DNA of 63,778 nucleotides, counting the filler, from Choristocarpus tenellus KU-1152 (taxonomy: Eukaryota; Protista; Phaeophyceae): assembly GCA_964200185.2 (NCBI GenBank). It is 9 parts of 9 records of this genome, joined end to end, with 100 filler letters (N's around TTAATTAATTAA, not from the genome) between each part and the next. Parts side by side here need not be neighbours in the genome. Positions count along the whole stretch, not along the records: positions 44,267 to 56,689 come from CAXNAD020001843.1; positions 56,790 to 60,759 come from CAXNAD020016856.1; positions 60,860 to 63,778 come from CAXNAD020023656.1; 6 more parts are not named here. One strand, 5' to 3'. Made by a program: the position numbers and the translations under genes. Below are positions 50,901 through 63,778 of the stretch, piece after piece. Under the pieces are notes generated by a model, which saw nothing but the letters and a program-made list of their open reading frames with translations, made no database searches and was not told the origin of the DNA. How positions within the stretch are numbered: the stretch's first letter is position 1; every line of letters starts with the position of its first letter.

Positions 50901-53900
50901 ACAGTACTCACAACAGAATCGCTTCCAGGATTTGATTTCTCAGTGCCAACTTCCACCTTTGGCAATGACATAAGGGACTACATACATCCTGGAAGGCGAC
51001 AACTTACCCCTCCTTCCCAATAGTCCCCCTTTCCCCCCCGGAAAGGATAGTTGACCGAGCCATGAGTAGCAACTCCCCCATTGTCAGAGAAGAACATCAC
51101 AACAGTGTTTTCCCACTCCCCAAGGTGGTTAAGAACTGACTGTAGCTGTCCCAGGCCATGGTCCACCTTCATAGTTTAAAAAAAGAAGATAAAATTAATA
51201 ACGCCATGGAGACCGCCATAACATACATACACAAAGTCCCGGAGACAAATAAAGTCAGTGAAGGTGTGGAGTTGAGGGGGATGAAAGGTGATGAGGTTCT
51301 GCTGTAAAACGTACTCGATGTTGATGATGCAATTTTTCAGGCAATCAGACGGCGCTTTTCACTATTCAAGCAAGAGAAGCGCAATGTAGGAACATCTTTT
51401 TCGACAAGTCCATCGGTGGAAATCTGCCACAACACCAACAACATGAGTTGTAGTGTCATCAGCACAGGGTAAAAAAAAACAATTTTATTCAAATATGTAG
51501 GGTGTGTGTGTAGTGACAGCATAAACCTCTTTTGTTCTAGTATAAGCTTGTACTCACAGCGTAGGGGTGCTAGTGTAATCAAAAGCAGTGTCAATAACCA
51601 ACCAACAGAGTATGCCATAACCTGGAAACTCCACTTGTCAAGGTGCCAACAAACACACTTGCTTAGGAAAGCAGAAAAATTCTCAACACCACATGAAAAA
51701 AATAAACAAAAACATGCATGATAAGATTAATGGAATCTCTTATATTTTTTTATTTTATAGTTTTAATCTTATATAACAGGGGAGATCGATTCATTTGTCT
51801 AAATTTCTTGAAAAATATTTTCTTGAAAAAAAAAATAACTTTTTTTTGTTTTTAAAAATGCACAGATACATCTCACCGACAATTGTTATTTTACAAAATA
51901 TTTCTTTTTCACAAATGAAGTCAGCATGAGGTACCACCACCCACTTGACCTTTTTCATCCATGGTATGCATGCTTCAACAAGAAAATATTCTGTACTACT
52001 ACAACTGCACAGAACTTTTCCTATTGAAGTCAGCTGCTGTAAAATCTTAAGTATGCCACTCCACGAAATGAGTCAGAGAGGCACCAACATATTAAAATAA
52101 AATAATTTTTACTGCAAAGTACTGCCTGGTTCAATCAATGAAAGATACTCATCATTAATGCAACCAATATATTGATAGTCGCAACCATTCTATGTAACCA
52201 TAGTTCTAGAAATTAGGAAATAAATTCATACGTATATACACAAAAAAAACTCCATTGATATTGGCATCAACTAAAGATCTTCCCTCGAATCTGAATGGGC
52301 ACCATACCATACAGGGCCTGAAGAATCAAAACATACTTGGGAATGAACAACACAATAAATTAATAATGAAACAAAACATACAGACTACTACGGCTACAGT
52401 ATTATTATATTTAATTTTTACTTCCTCGAAAAACAAAATATCAGCATCAATGATGCTAAAAAAAAAACTAAATCCAAAAACTACAACAGTACTATCATAA
52501 TCATACACTCGACACAAATAAAGCGTCTGCCCCTGCCATAGCTTTTTCTATTGCTTTTGCGAACCTTTGGCTCTGAAACACCCCTGTTGTGAAGCGGCAA
52601 GACGTGCCAAGTTCAACGTCAAATCTGTCTGTGCCCCCCCCAATGGAAGCCTATCTCCAGGGAGGGGTTCATCTCATTGGCTAGCCCACGGCGGCTACGT
52701 GGCGATTCTGTTCCTCCTACTTATTTTCTTCTAGGTGTTCTCTTTTGTTTTTATTATTGCTTCTTCACATACACTACATTTTCGTCCAAGAGTTTGGGGC
52801 CCCATCACACCAATGAAAATAATCAAAATTCTAATTCTGATAGCAAAAAAAAATGTTGAGCTGATATGATAAGAGTGATCGATGTTTTGCACTAAATTAA
52901 TTGGCTCAAGGCACTGTGTCCTGTAACATTATTATTATTATTATTATTATTTCCTTCACCCACCAGTCTAAGGGGTACAAAACCTATGGTCAAAAGGTGG
53001 TTGGAAAAAGCATATACTGCAGTACATGAGAAATCATAAAAAACAAAAATAAAAAAGAGAAGAAAAGAAAACTCAAACGTACCTACTTCGAACAGCGTCT
53101 GAGAAAATCACTAACACTAACACTTAACACTAACACTAGCACTAGCACCCAATACCTGATAAAGGACATCACTAATACCATCCACATCGCTAGGTTTCAC
53201 AAGAAAAAATAAAAAAATAATGTGGGACCCCTCGGATAAATTTGAACCAATTAAAAAAAAAAAAAAAATTGGAGTCTCCGTCACAGACGGTAAAGAACAT
53301 TTTTGTTCTTATTTGGTTCTCAAAACAACTATCCATCCGTACAAATCGAATTCCGATGGGTTTAAAAATAGGGTGGCAGTTTAGGATATCGATAGGGGAT
53401 GGCAGCATAAGAAACGTCTGATGGTGAAGGTTGGGAGATCACGTGTACCATTTAGCATCATCATGACATCACCCCGGTACACAGTCTGTTGTCTAACCCC
53501 CAGAAGACCAGAGATCTGGCAGAACAGAATCACCCCAGACAGAAATTAAGCGTTGTACATCAATTCAAGATCGATTGACATGATCATAGAACTATCCACA
53601 CTGTAACCAAGAACCTCCTTCACCTTCATTCAAATGCTTCATTGCGTCAGAGAGTCCGATGCAACTTCCTTCTGCAAACTCGATCGAATCGGAACAATAA
53701 TCGTCGCCCCCTGTGCGCACGCCTCCTATCTATGGTATGAAATCGTTTCGAGCCATTACACACAATGCGCTCAAACTGTGTATCTTTTTATTCAAACTGT
53801 ACTGTACATATTTTGATTCATATAACACCGCACATAGTGGAGGTCAGTCCCCAGGCACGCCTTCTAAAATATCGCAAAACACACACACAACAAAAAACAG

Positions 53901-56344
53901 GACTGCCAATCCTCACCCTCCAAGACCTGCCAGGATCTACCTCTACACATCACCCACCAAGGTAGCAGACCAACACTGCATATTGCAAGCCCTGCACAAG
54001 GCAGGGTGACAGGCACTAAGCAGACCGGCACTTTCCTGTCTCGGCTAATAGTGACTTGGCCCATATAGTGATCCCGACAGTGGATTGTTGTGCATTGAGA
54101 GCTATGCAGGAATAAGGTCCGCTGCTGCTGGGGCAGAGATATAAACTGTAAACTGAACCAGCACTTTGAACTATGGTTGGTGGTGCTTGCAACTTCTGTC
54201 TACTGTAGGACCCGAAGGGGCTGGGCCTGGCACTGCAGTGCAATATGGCAGCCAGGAAACAAAGCAGGTCATGCTTGTATCATTTTTTCATACTACTATA
54301 TAGTAAGATAGGAGTTACTCTTACTAGAATGGCCATTACTACCAGCAAGCTACTACTGCATACTGTGCGGGTTATTGTTCTAAACCTCTCTTCTTCACCT
54401 CTCTTCTTGACTTGTTCGTTGTAAGGTCTGCTGGATCACCAAGCAGAAAGATAAATTTTTTACAGCAGATGGAGAATTTGTTCACTGAGCCTTTGTTGGT
54501 GAAACCGCTTTGTTAGTGACCGATCAAAAATGGTAGGCAGACAGAAAGTCAACACCTATTCTTTTTCAACTTAGGGCTAGGGTAATTTATGATTAAGTCC
54601 AGTACTCAATATTAAAAGCAATCGTCTCTCCTGTTTCTCACCTAAAATATTCTTAGTATGCTATTATTGCTGGCCCAGGGTCTAGTCAGTGGGGCCCCTG
54701 TATACCCATCTATCTATAATATAGATACTAGGGTTAGGGTTAGGGTTAGGCCTAACCCTAACCCTATATGGCCTATGTATTTCGATTGATGTAAGTATGA
54801 TGCTATAGGACACAAAACAAAGCAAATATGTACGGACTTCTTCCAACCCTATCCTAAAGTCAACATAAGGATAAAATATCACCTATTTGACGACCAGTCT
54901 TTCCCAACTCCCGAACAATTTTACATATGCTACCAGACCTCTTCCTAAGATAAAACCAATATCAAAGAATATTTGGTAGAGCATCCTGTCCACAAACAAT
55001 ATTGATGCATCCCCAACAAAATAAAGGACTTAAAAAAAATACAGTGCGCTTTTGCAGTGAAACAGCTATACATACTATGTAATATCAGTCTGCAGAAGTG
55101 AGTGATATGTGCAACAAGCACATTCAAAGTACAGTGGAGTAGCCTCAACATCGAAGTGTTCTGGACAAAATGGTGGGACAACAACGAGGCAAGACTTCAG
55201 AGGCAGCAATGTATGTACATTCATATAAGGATAACACAAAATCCCATCCCTTACACCCACCTGCGAAACCATGCCACAGAGAATTTTCCTGTTATCCCAA
55301 TCTAAATCCAAGTCCCCGCCACCTATAGCTGCTGCGTGTGTCTCCTCAGAAATATCTCCACACTTATTGCCTGTATACCAAGTCTCGTCGGTCTCGATCG
55401 GGTCGTGGATCGCCTGGGTAGGGAGAAAAATGACCAAGATAGCAGAAGATTAGGGAGTGGTCCTCTGGGTGTACTTTTAAAGTTCAGATATCCAAGTCTC
55501 TGGTGTAGTCTACCTTGCCATGTATCATACAATCGAAACGGTGTCTCCACCCTCACTATCCCTGGCAAATAAAACCGACCCGTACCTGATAGGCTAGATA
55601 GAGAAACCAAGGATCACCCGTAGCCGACATGGCCTTCACGTACTCGGTTGCCTTGGCGGAGTACAGCTCAGTGGAGTGCTTGGGACTGTGGTTGTCTTTG
55701 GCTATGTTCCCATCCTCTACCAAATTCAGCCCCGAGAACGTCCTGGTCAAACCCCCTTGCCGCGGGGAGAATGACTGGCTCACAGAAATGTGAGAGTAAT
55801 GCCCCCCTCCCCCGGTCAATATTCCATAGTGATGGTCGAAACCCCGCTCAAGGGGGGTATATTGATCCATATGCATCCCCAGGTGCCACTTGCCCACATG
55901 AGCTGTAGCGTACCCCTCGTCGCGAAGCTTCTGCCCCAGAAATTTTTCGTCGAGTGAAACTCCTCTAGGTTCTGTGGAATGAATGACCGAGTCCTGCATC
56001 CCCGTCCTAAAATTGTACCTACCAGTCATGAGTTGAGCACGTGACGGCGTGCAAGTCGGGGAAGTGTAGAAGGAGGAGAGCTCCACCCCCTGGGACACCA
56101 TGGCGTCCAAGTTCGGAGTTGAGAATGAGGGTTCATGAAAACCCACGTCCTTCCATCCAAGATCATCCACGACCACCACTATAATGTTTGGCTGAATGCT
56201 TCTTTGTTGTGTACCTGGTTGATTGTGATCGGGCACATTTGCACCATAGACAGACGAGAAAGAGCCACCGCATGGGCAAGACTTGCGGCATTCAGGGCTC
56301 ACCATAGCCACCGCCAGGAGCCCAACCCACGATGACCCACGCAT
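47929..56344 (-). CDS. Formylglycine-dependent (S1, arylsulfatase B-like) sulfatase, type-I membrane anchored, 5 exons, ~687 aa
   Basis: Exons 56344-55586, 55413-55261, 51166-51008, 50039-49671 and 48552-47929, all with phase-0 GT-AG introns. Motifs: signal peptide, PNIIVVVVDDLGWKD, CTPSRAQLMTGR (CxPxR), GKWHLG, RGFD, AIHDP, SDNGG, NYPFRGGKGDYWEGGVRVP, DGLDGVDLW, LFDLEANPSE. C-terminal TM LWIVALTVAGLMGTVATISY. Confidence 0.95.
54729..54766. repeat. Head-to-head telomere-type repeats (TTAGGG)n/(CCCTAA)n in the sulfatase intron
   Basis: tagggttagggttagg|cctaaccctaacccta is a perfect 32-bp palindrome centred at 54750/54751. Confidence 0.85.
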
Positions 56345-57424
56345 ATTACCGACTTAACCAGAAAGTGCAGGGATCTCCAAAGTCGACTTTGACAGACACT
56401 TTCTTGATGTGATCACCCTTTCATCTTTTTTTCTCCGTTTTTCACGTATTTGTTGGTTCAAGTTTTTTGTGGAGACGTGGAAAATGTTAGGGGGGATAAT
56501 AAGACGTACGATACAACCAATGATATTAGTATTTTAGTATTTAGTATTGACAGAAGAATGAAAGTATGGGAATTGGAGAAATATTTGTAGGGTAACCTAA
56601 ATAATCGATTACCACTGTGGAAAGCATGTTTGTCTGTTATTATACCGTATTGCTCGTATGCCATATACCGTTATACCGTGGTACCGAGTNNNNNNNNNNN
56701 NNNNNNNNNNNNNNNNNNNNNNNNNNNNNNNNNTTAATTAATTAANNNNNNNNNNNNNNNNNNNNNNNNNNNNNNNNNNNNNNNNNNNNAACGCTGTTCG
56801 ACCCCCCAATCTCCGATTCTTTGTGTGTTGCAAAAGAAAAGAAAGAACATTTGGGGGTGGCCCCCCCCCCCCCCCCACCCCCAAAGACCCTATTAATTAC
56901 AACCCCGGATTGCCCAAAATATTCCACAATTTTTTTTATGTCTTGGCTTTGGGCTAGTTAGGGGTGGGAGGACTTCGTTGGGAGGGGTTAGATGGGGATA
57001 AGGTCGCTTTGGGGTATGTTTTGCTTGTGAGGATTTGGTGGGTAGGTAGAGTGTCTTCTCTTAATGCAAAGGTGGTCTATCACCAGTCCATATTTGAAAT
57101 TAATTCCTTAATTTCAGTGTAGTGTATTTCAATCTTGTAGATAGAAGGTGAGATGTACTGTTTGAAGGTTGGTTTGATTTGTTCGATGTTGTTGCCCAAT
57201 CGCATTAGCTGGGATCATTGCATTGCGGTGTTACGGTTTTTAGCCCCGATTTTATTTGTGTAGGGATGCCCTGCAGGCTATGTACATAATATACACGTAT
57301 GATACCTCCACCCCATGTGACTGTTGCTCTATTCAACACAAGTCGCATTCAGGAACCTTCTCACCCATTGCCCGCCCCCTGTTCTGTATGCTCTCTTGGG
57401 CGCCGCCTGGTTTATTTTCTCCAG

Positions 57425-60400
57425 ATGCCCAAGTCGCATTCAATCCCCTCTCTATCTATGCTGGCGGAAGTAGCTACCACTCCTGGTGAACAGCAGCAGC
57501 AACAGCAACAGCAACAGTTGAGGATGGAAGAAGCAATTGCTGCTTCCAATTCCTCTGCTGCTCCAGCCAATCCGTCCAATATGATGCACATTGGAAACCC
57601 GTCCTCATCATCTGGCCGTGGTCCTGTTGGAGTGCCAGGGCAGGGGGGGAGGACTGGTGCTGGTAGTGGCCACGGGGCAGGGGTGGGGGCTGCTGGAACT
57701 GCCACTGTGCTCCCGGTGGGAGGTGGTGGTGGTGGGAGTGGACTAGGAGGTGGGTAATGATGAAGATTGAAAATTGAGGGCGTAGATTTTTTGTGTAACC
57801 AACAACATGGGAAAATGTGTCACTTTGACTGTCATTCAGTGGTTGAGAGTTTGGCACAGTCTGCTGTTACTTGCATGAAAAAAAACTCAATAAAACTGTG
57901 TGACTAATGTGTGGATAGGTGAGTGGGGAGGCAGAACAGTGTTGAAGGCACATATGTATACGTATGTTTTTGAAGGAGTTAGGTTCTGGGTTCGTGTGAC
58001 TGTCGTATTGCTGACAGGACTGGCTCATCATTTTTGATGTGTTTGTTCTGCATGGTGACTGTTGTTGTATGATATTGACTCCGTGGTGTGATGAATTGAC
58101 CATCTACTATGTTCGTACATGTAATTTTTTTCTTTTTTTTCTATGGCAAGCTCCTCATCAACCTCCCCATGTATTTCTTTTATAACCCAGTAGGTGGAAG
58201 TGCAGTGGGCAATGGTCGGGGAGGGGGAGGGAGCAGGCAACATTTGACACTTTCTCACTCCCACGGACTGGTGTCTAGTCCGGCAATAACATCGATGGGG
58301 AGTGGAGGAGGAAGTTCACTGCTCACTGGTGGCAGTGGAGGTGGGGGGGGTGTGGGGACTGGAGGGTCAGGGATAGTGGCAGGGATCCAAAGAACGCGCA
58401 GTGGAGATGGAGGTGGAATGGACACTGGGGGAGGGACTGGAGCTGGTGGTGGTGGGGGAGGGGGAGGAAGGGCAGATGGAGGGAGAGGAGCAATAGGTGG
58501 AGGGAGCTCTGATGTGTTTTATGGTGCGTTGCAGGGCAAATGGCATATTACTGTGCTGAGACATTATGTCTTTATCCATTTAATAATTATGACATAGATA
58601 CTGTACACCGGGCCTCTTCCAACGTATACAACAGATGAATGTGGCAAAGGGGGGAGGGGGAATTGTTCCTCAAGTGTTGCTTTGCTTCGCTTGTGTATGG
58701 TTTTGCAGCTAACCCTTGTAGGTGTTTTAGAGATATACTTCTTAGAAGAACAATTCAACTTATGTAGACATATCTTTTGTATCTCAATCAATAGTGTGAT
58801 GTGCTTGGTCAATACCTCTCTACTTCCCAACCCTCCAGCATAGGCTTGATGAGCATGATAGGAACCTACACCTTGTTGTACCGACCCGTTTTATACCCTT
58901 ACGTTGTTCCCTGTTGAGGATGATCACAGTTCCAATTCCGATGTAATTGATGTACAGTATGCCTTCTTTGTCAAGGCGTGGATGGAAACCAATCCCAGTG
59001 GAACCTATTCATACTCATATCAATTTGTTGGGTCATATTATCCAGTCCACCTTGCGATAGGAGAAGTGTGTTGTGGGTTGGGTAGCTCGCAAATGCTGTT
59101 GAAATCAGAGTTCAAAATTGATTTCCTGTTCATTTGATATGGGATGATCATGCAGGAAATTTGTAATTGTGTGTGTTGAATCTGTTTCACCATTGATGGG
59201 TGTTGTAACATCACCTTGCTCCCCCAACCTCCTATTCCTTGGTCATCGTATGTTGAGAATTTTTCCTGGGTTGATCAGTGACCTGTTTTAAAAAGAGGCC
59301 CCTTTTCTTTTGTCAAATGTGATACATATCGTGCACTACATTGTGTAATGTGACTTAGAGCGGAGACAGATGAAGGGGGCAGGCAGAGTAAGAAAAATAT
59401 AAAAAGACAGGCTATGTACTGTAATATTTTTGCTATTTATTGTAGGTGCTTGATTTATTATGGTCTATGTAAAAAGTGTTGCCATGCGTAGTACACCTTT
59501 TCTGAACACTTCCTCCATCATCGTCATGATGAGCAGCGTAAGCAGCAGGACTGTTTGTACCTTGAGCATGGTCAACACTCAGGTTCAACTCAATATTGCC
59601 GTTCTGAGGTCTGTTTTTTAATGACAGTTAGAATGTTTGTTCTGGTCCATTATTAGGGTTCATTTGCTGGGTCATTGACCCAAATTGATCCTGGAGGTGA
59701 CGATCTTTTCCTGCCTATTTAAAAAGAAAATGACCTTGCTGTCAAAGAAAATATGTCGAAACTTTTTGAACGAATGGTTGCATGAAAAGTGGATGTTATC
59801 AATATTCGGAATACGCTTGCATAATGGTGACAAGGGCACCTTTTTTTGTCACTAATGAGAAGTACCTGTAGTTGTCATTTGACAACTGTGCTGGAACCTG
59901 TGTAGTTCTGACTTGGTGTCACATTTTGGACTGAAGACATTGAATTCAGTATCTAGTTTGTTGTGTGAATTACTTTTTTTTTTTCATCAGGCAGCCCTCG
60001 GCAAAGCTGCAAGGTGTAAGGTGCCATGTGTGATTATTGTATGGGATGCCTTTAGTGAGGAACTATCTGGTGTCCCTGTGATAACTCCAGACAGTGCACT
60101 TCGAACAATGTATCGTGCACACCATCCTTGGTTTACAATACACATTCATTCAACTATCTCTCCTTCCACCTATATTTCCATCACAAGTGGCATGATGGTT
60201 TTTAATGTGAATGGGGGGATGTAGGCATGCTGTGGAATAGTTACATGTGTGTGTATGAGGCATTCGTACTGTTGTCTGAACAGCGCCCAGCTTCATTATG
60301 ATACACTATAATATAGCTTGTATTCCTGGTATTTATTTCTCATCCATCCATCCATCCATCCATCCATCCATCCATCCATCCGTCTAACTGTCTGTTCCTC

Positions 60401-60759
60401 TCGACAGGATTAGTCCTTGACCTTACTGGGGGCAAGTGCTAGGACTATTTCAGGTCGTGGTATCATTGATGGCATGAAATCAAGAGCGATGTTATGTTTT
60501 CACTCTGAAATAACAGATACAATCTTTTAGCTTATTGTCTACAACGTAGTACATACTACACCATATTGAGTCAACACTGCACCAACATTTTCACTGCAAC
60601 GTCATCCCCTATCCTCTCAATGTTTGCATTGCTCATAGGGCTCTCACACAGGGGCAATCATAGACCTGGTGGCGGGGGTGGGGCTGGCGGTGACAGTGTT
60701 GCTGGGGCAGGGGGGGGAGGGGGAGGAGGGAGGACAACTGGGAGTGTTGCTGGGCGCAG
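57425..60759 (+). CDS. Partial low-complexity Gly/Gln-rich protein (putative transcriptional regulator)
   Basis: Phase-1-compatible exons 57425-57749, 58191(or 58194)-58523 and 60639-60759. MPKSHSIPSLSMLAEVATTPGE-polyQ, then poly-Gly tracts. Truncated by the linker; upstream exons may be missing. Confidence 0.7.
60342..60381. repeat. (CATC)n microsatellite
   Basis: About 10 tandem catc units. Confidence 0.95.
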
Positions 60760-60859
60760 NNNNNNNNNNNNNNNNNNNNNNNNNNNNNNNNNNNNNNNNN
60801 NNNTTAATTAATTAANNNNNNNNNNNNNNNNNNNNNNNNNNNNNNNNNNNNNNNNNNNN

Positions 60860-60879
60860 CCCCCCAGATACTTTGACCC
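60860..60879. mobile_element. MITE family B terminus at contig start
   Basis: ccccccagatactttgaccc. Confidence 0.7.
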
Positions 60880-61089
60880 ATAACTTACACTACCCACTTC
60901 CCCAAACGTTGGAATGGTCTCCCAAACTCCTTAAATGATGTCGAATAGAAGTGAACATATTTGTTCTGAAATCAGAGTAACTCATCGTAATTTGTTGGGC
61001 TTGCATCAGTGTTCCCGCACCTTTCACTTAAGTTTTGTCATAACCACAGTATTGATTTCATTAGAGTTGTGAACCAAGAGAATTTGTGA

Positions 61090-61200
61090 TTACGATCAAA
61101 TCAGTAGGAGAAAATAAATTATTGATCGAATTGAACTGTCTGTCACCAGGTGGCGAGTAAGGCAAAATCTTCAATACATCCACACGTTCAACATGTCTTA
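61090..61200 (-). mobile_element. Tc1/IS630-like DDE transposase C-terminal relic
   Basis: KILPYSPPGDRQFNSINNLFS resembles LPPYSPxxNPIExxFS. Confidence 0.4.
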
Positions 61201-61689
61201 ACTCAGCAGACAAAAAAACGTAACACTCTTGTATGCCATGGTGGAAGGAGGGGTTAAGATGTACAAATCATTTCTATCCCGGAGTGTGTACCATGTACAC
61301 TTGCTGTGTCGTCGTGTTGTGAATTGAAAGAATTTAGGGCTACTTAAATCAAGTAGACAATTTTCGATTGATCCGATTCAACTGATGCTAATTGCCAGAT
61401 GGTGCCACCAGGCCAAAACTCAAGAGCGTCCACAGGTCTCAGCAGGCAGATCCAAGCCCTTTGACAGAGAAATTAGTAGTAAGTTGTGGGTAGTGAAACT
61501 TTGTGACCAATATTACGTGGTTGTATGGCGTCTGATATGCTCAGTAGTCACATTTCAGATATATTTTGATTAGTATAAAATAGAACCGGAATTTGCAGTT
61601 ATTCGTTTTCTCCGACTAATTGAACTGTCACGATTCACAACACTGCTATAATGGATCCAGTAGGTTCGCCCTCTGGGGTTGTCCTATCA

Positions 61690-63408
61690 TGACTTTTGAT
61701 GTAGATATCGGATTAAAAAAATAAAAGCATATTCATGATCCCCATCACAATGCCCTCCAGAGTGCGGGCTTCGTGTTTTTTTCTCGCCATTTTTGTTTTT
61801 GAAGAAAGACCACTCATATTGGGGTTCGAACCCAGGATTGTAGGCCACCAAGAGTGGCAACAGATGTACTATTACTTGATTAAAGTGTAGGGTTAGGTGG
61901 GGTAAAAGCCTCCCCACCCTTTCTTCCTGTGTGTTCGCGCACCCACTCTTTAACCTCGGCAAGGATGTCCTCGTCGAGGTCCAGGACGAAACGCCTCTCA
62001 TGGCGCCCTTGCTCAGACACCTTGATGTGGCCCTTAGTTAGGAAGTCTCTCTCCCATTTACTCACAGTTTCCAGCCTGACCATCACAATCCTGCTGCCAT
62101 TTCGAGCGCTGTTTGACGGTCTTTCCCGTTGTTCATACACATGTACAGGATTCGCAGTGTTAGAGCCTTTACTATCACATTTACTTGTTGAGCACCGGAA
62201 ATGGGTGTTGTCCGTGTTTCCTGGGCGGGTGACATTTTATCATCAAGGAGCAAGGGCGAGGGAGGACAGGCTTGAGTTGATCGAAAATGGTGTTGATTTC
62301 TCAAATTAATGCAGGCTGGGAAAAAGCGTTAATCAACTTTATACATGTACGTCCAACCCCAAGTCCAGAAACAAAAGTGAATGTTCGGCATCTTGCAAGA
62401 AGTAGGAGACACCAAACCATTGGTGTGCACATAGTCTCAATCTCACCTCCTCTTCTTCTCTGGCGTCCTTGTTGATGGCTACCTCCACCTGCTTCATGAC
62501 CTCTTCTAAGTAAAGGATTTGGTGGTATCGAAAAGTCTCCACAGCTGCCTTTGATACAATTACTTTCTCCTCTGCCTTGCGAGTCCTTTCGACCTGCTTT
62601 CAGGCTTCAGATCCCTTGTACCCCAACCCAAACACCTTCTTTCTCGTTTCCTTAAGCCACTCCGGCTTGCACAGCTTCCAAACAGTCAGGGCCCGCTGCA
62701 ATTGTCGACTACTAAGATATTCTACACCCGGGGTTTCGCTTAGGCGTTTCCTGAGCGCAATGGCACGCAGTCGCACGGCTCTCTTCCTCAATCTTCTCTT
62801 CGGGTGGCCACCCCAGTTCTCCCTTCGCCTGGCGAGATGCTTTCCCGAGGTGGCAGAGACTGCAGAACAGTGCTCCGACGTGGTTGAAGATCCAACGACG
62901 TTTGTGTGGTAATGCTTTCAATGCATCTTCTCTAAGCGTCAGCGTCATGGCCCCATAATCCATTTTGCGATTTGATTATGCTCCTGCGCCACAGTAGATA
63001 GATGCACTTTCTCCTCACCTAACTTCGCCCTGAGTGTCACACGGTACTTGCTTTTCCGCCGCCTCTCGACAGAGAAATGCCGAGGGTAGATCCAGAGGGA
63101 AGAGTGGTCTCGGCAGCTCTCCTTGTCTCACCATCGTGGTTCATGTTGCTGTGTAAGTCACGCATGTGTGTGCTCACAAAAAATCTGGAAAAGGCGTAAA
63201 AAAAATGTCTGGAACTTTTTTTTTTCGGTATTTCCACACCCAGCAAACTTGGGCAGAGACGTGCCCCGGACCAGTTTTTCCAAACACTTCATTTTTGTCC
63301 GTTTTGAAGTCGTGGCCTTCAAAATTGTGCCGGAGATATTCCCCCGCGTTTTTGCCATTCTTTGATCAGGACATATAGATCCCGTTCGCCGAAGCCTGGA
63401 CATTCGTG
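61690..63408 (-). mobile_element. Degenerate DNA transposon, N-terminal part of a Tc1/mariner-related 'DGHER-type' transposase plus terminal region
   Basis: Frameshifted fragments include TVSKWERDFLTKGHIKVSEQGRHERRFVLDLDEDILAEVKEWVREHTGRKG and SGGHCDGDHE (resembles KGxYxDGHER). The right boundary is inferred from the composition shift. Confidence 0.6.
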
Positions 63409-63699
63409 GATATAAATCTTCATACGTTCTTGCCATACCCTTTCATTTGATATATACATTGTTGTATAACTATTGTGGTAACCCAGTGAAAAAAACTACG
63501 ATTGCCACAGAGGGCGAAGCTATCGGTACCATAGCTTCCTTTAATAAGCCCTTTTTTTCTTGTTCTGTACTCATTGTATAATATTATAATATTAGTTTTT
63601 AATTTTCTTGACTTATTAATAAAAACACTTAGTGTTAATAGTCTGAGTTTCAAGATTAAAAGGTAATTTTTATGTGAATATAATTTATAAAGGAAAAAA

Positions 63700-63777
63700 T
63701 TAGCTATGAAAAATCTTATTTGCATATGACTCACTGATTCCAAAGATAGAACCCAAGTTGATAAATGTTGGATAATG
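63700..63777 (-). pseudogene. IS5-family-like transposase HTH fragment (HTH_Tnp_4-like), bacterial-looking
   Basis: HYPTFINLGSIFGISESYANKIFHS* matches the LRHYPTFxxLxxxFGISESxxxxI pattern. It sits in AT-rich context and is cut by the window end. Confidence 0.65.
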
Positions 63778-63778
63778 C

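Noticed and set aside
1-63778. Fanzor/TnpB or other RNA-guided nuclease linked to the Tc1/IS630 relics
   Set aside because: I saw no RuvC or CxxC..CxxC..DRDxNA motifs in the ORFs or the frames I read. An HMM search would be needed to exclude a degenerate copy.

Overview
Eukaryotic, intron-rich and TE-rich genomic DNA. I infer a stramenopile, probably a brown alga, from the long GT-AG introns, interstitial TTAGGG repeats and the RTE/copia/gypsy/mariner relics. The window is not contiguous. It is nine contigs joined by an artificial 100-bp linker (N44-TTAATTAATTAA-N44, stops in all six frames) at 3480, 22213, 25835, 33975, 41559, 44167, 56690 and 60760, so adjacency across linkers means nothing. 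Genes I can support by hand-splicing: (1) two tandem copies of an atypical Met(CAT) tRNA; (2) a 5'-partial 12-exon gene fusing TRAF-type zinc fingers to an ALK/LTK-type glycine-rich domain; (3) a >1000-aa disordered protein carrying only the C-terminal half of a CCT motif; (4) a complete 5-exon formylglycine-dependent sulfatase with signal peptide, C-terminal TM helix and GYxxΦ tail; (5) a partial Gly/Gln-rich gene. The rest is mostly TE debris: two related MITE families sharing CAAAGTATCT termini, a Stowaway/mariner-like element, RTE LINE, copia, gypsy and Tc1-like relics, and minisatellites. An AT-rich segment at the far end looks bacterial and encodes an IS5-type transposase HTH fragment. 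Most of the supplied ORF track is spurious. All family assignments come from motif recognition by eye, not database searches.
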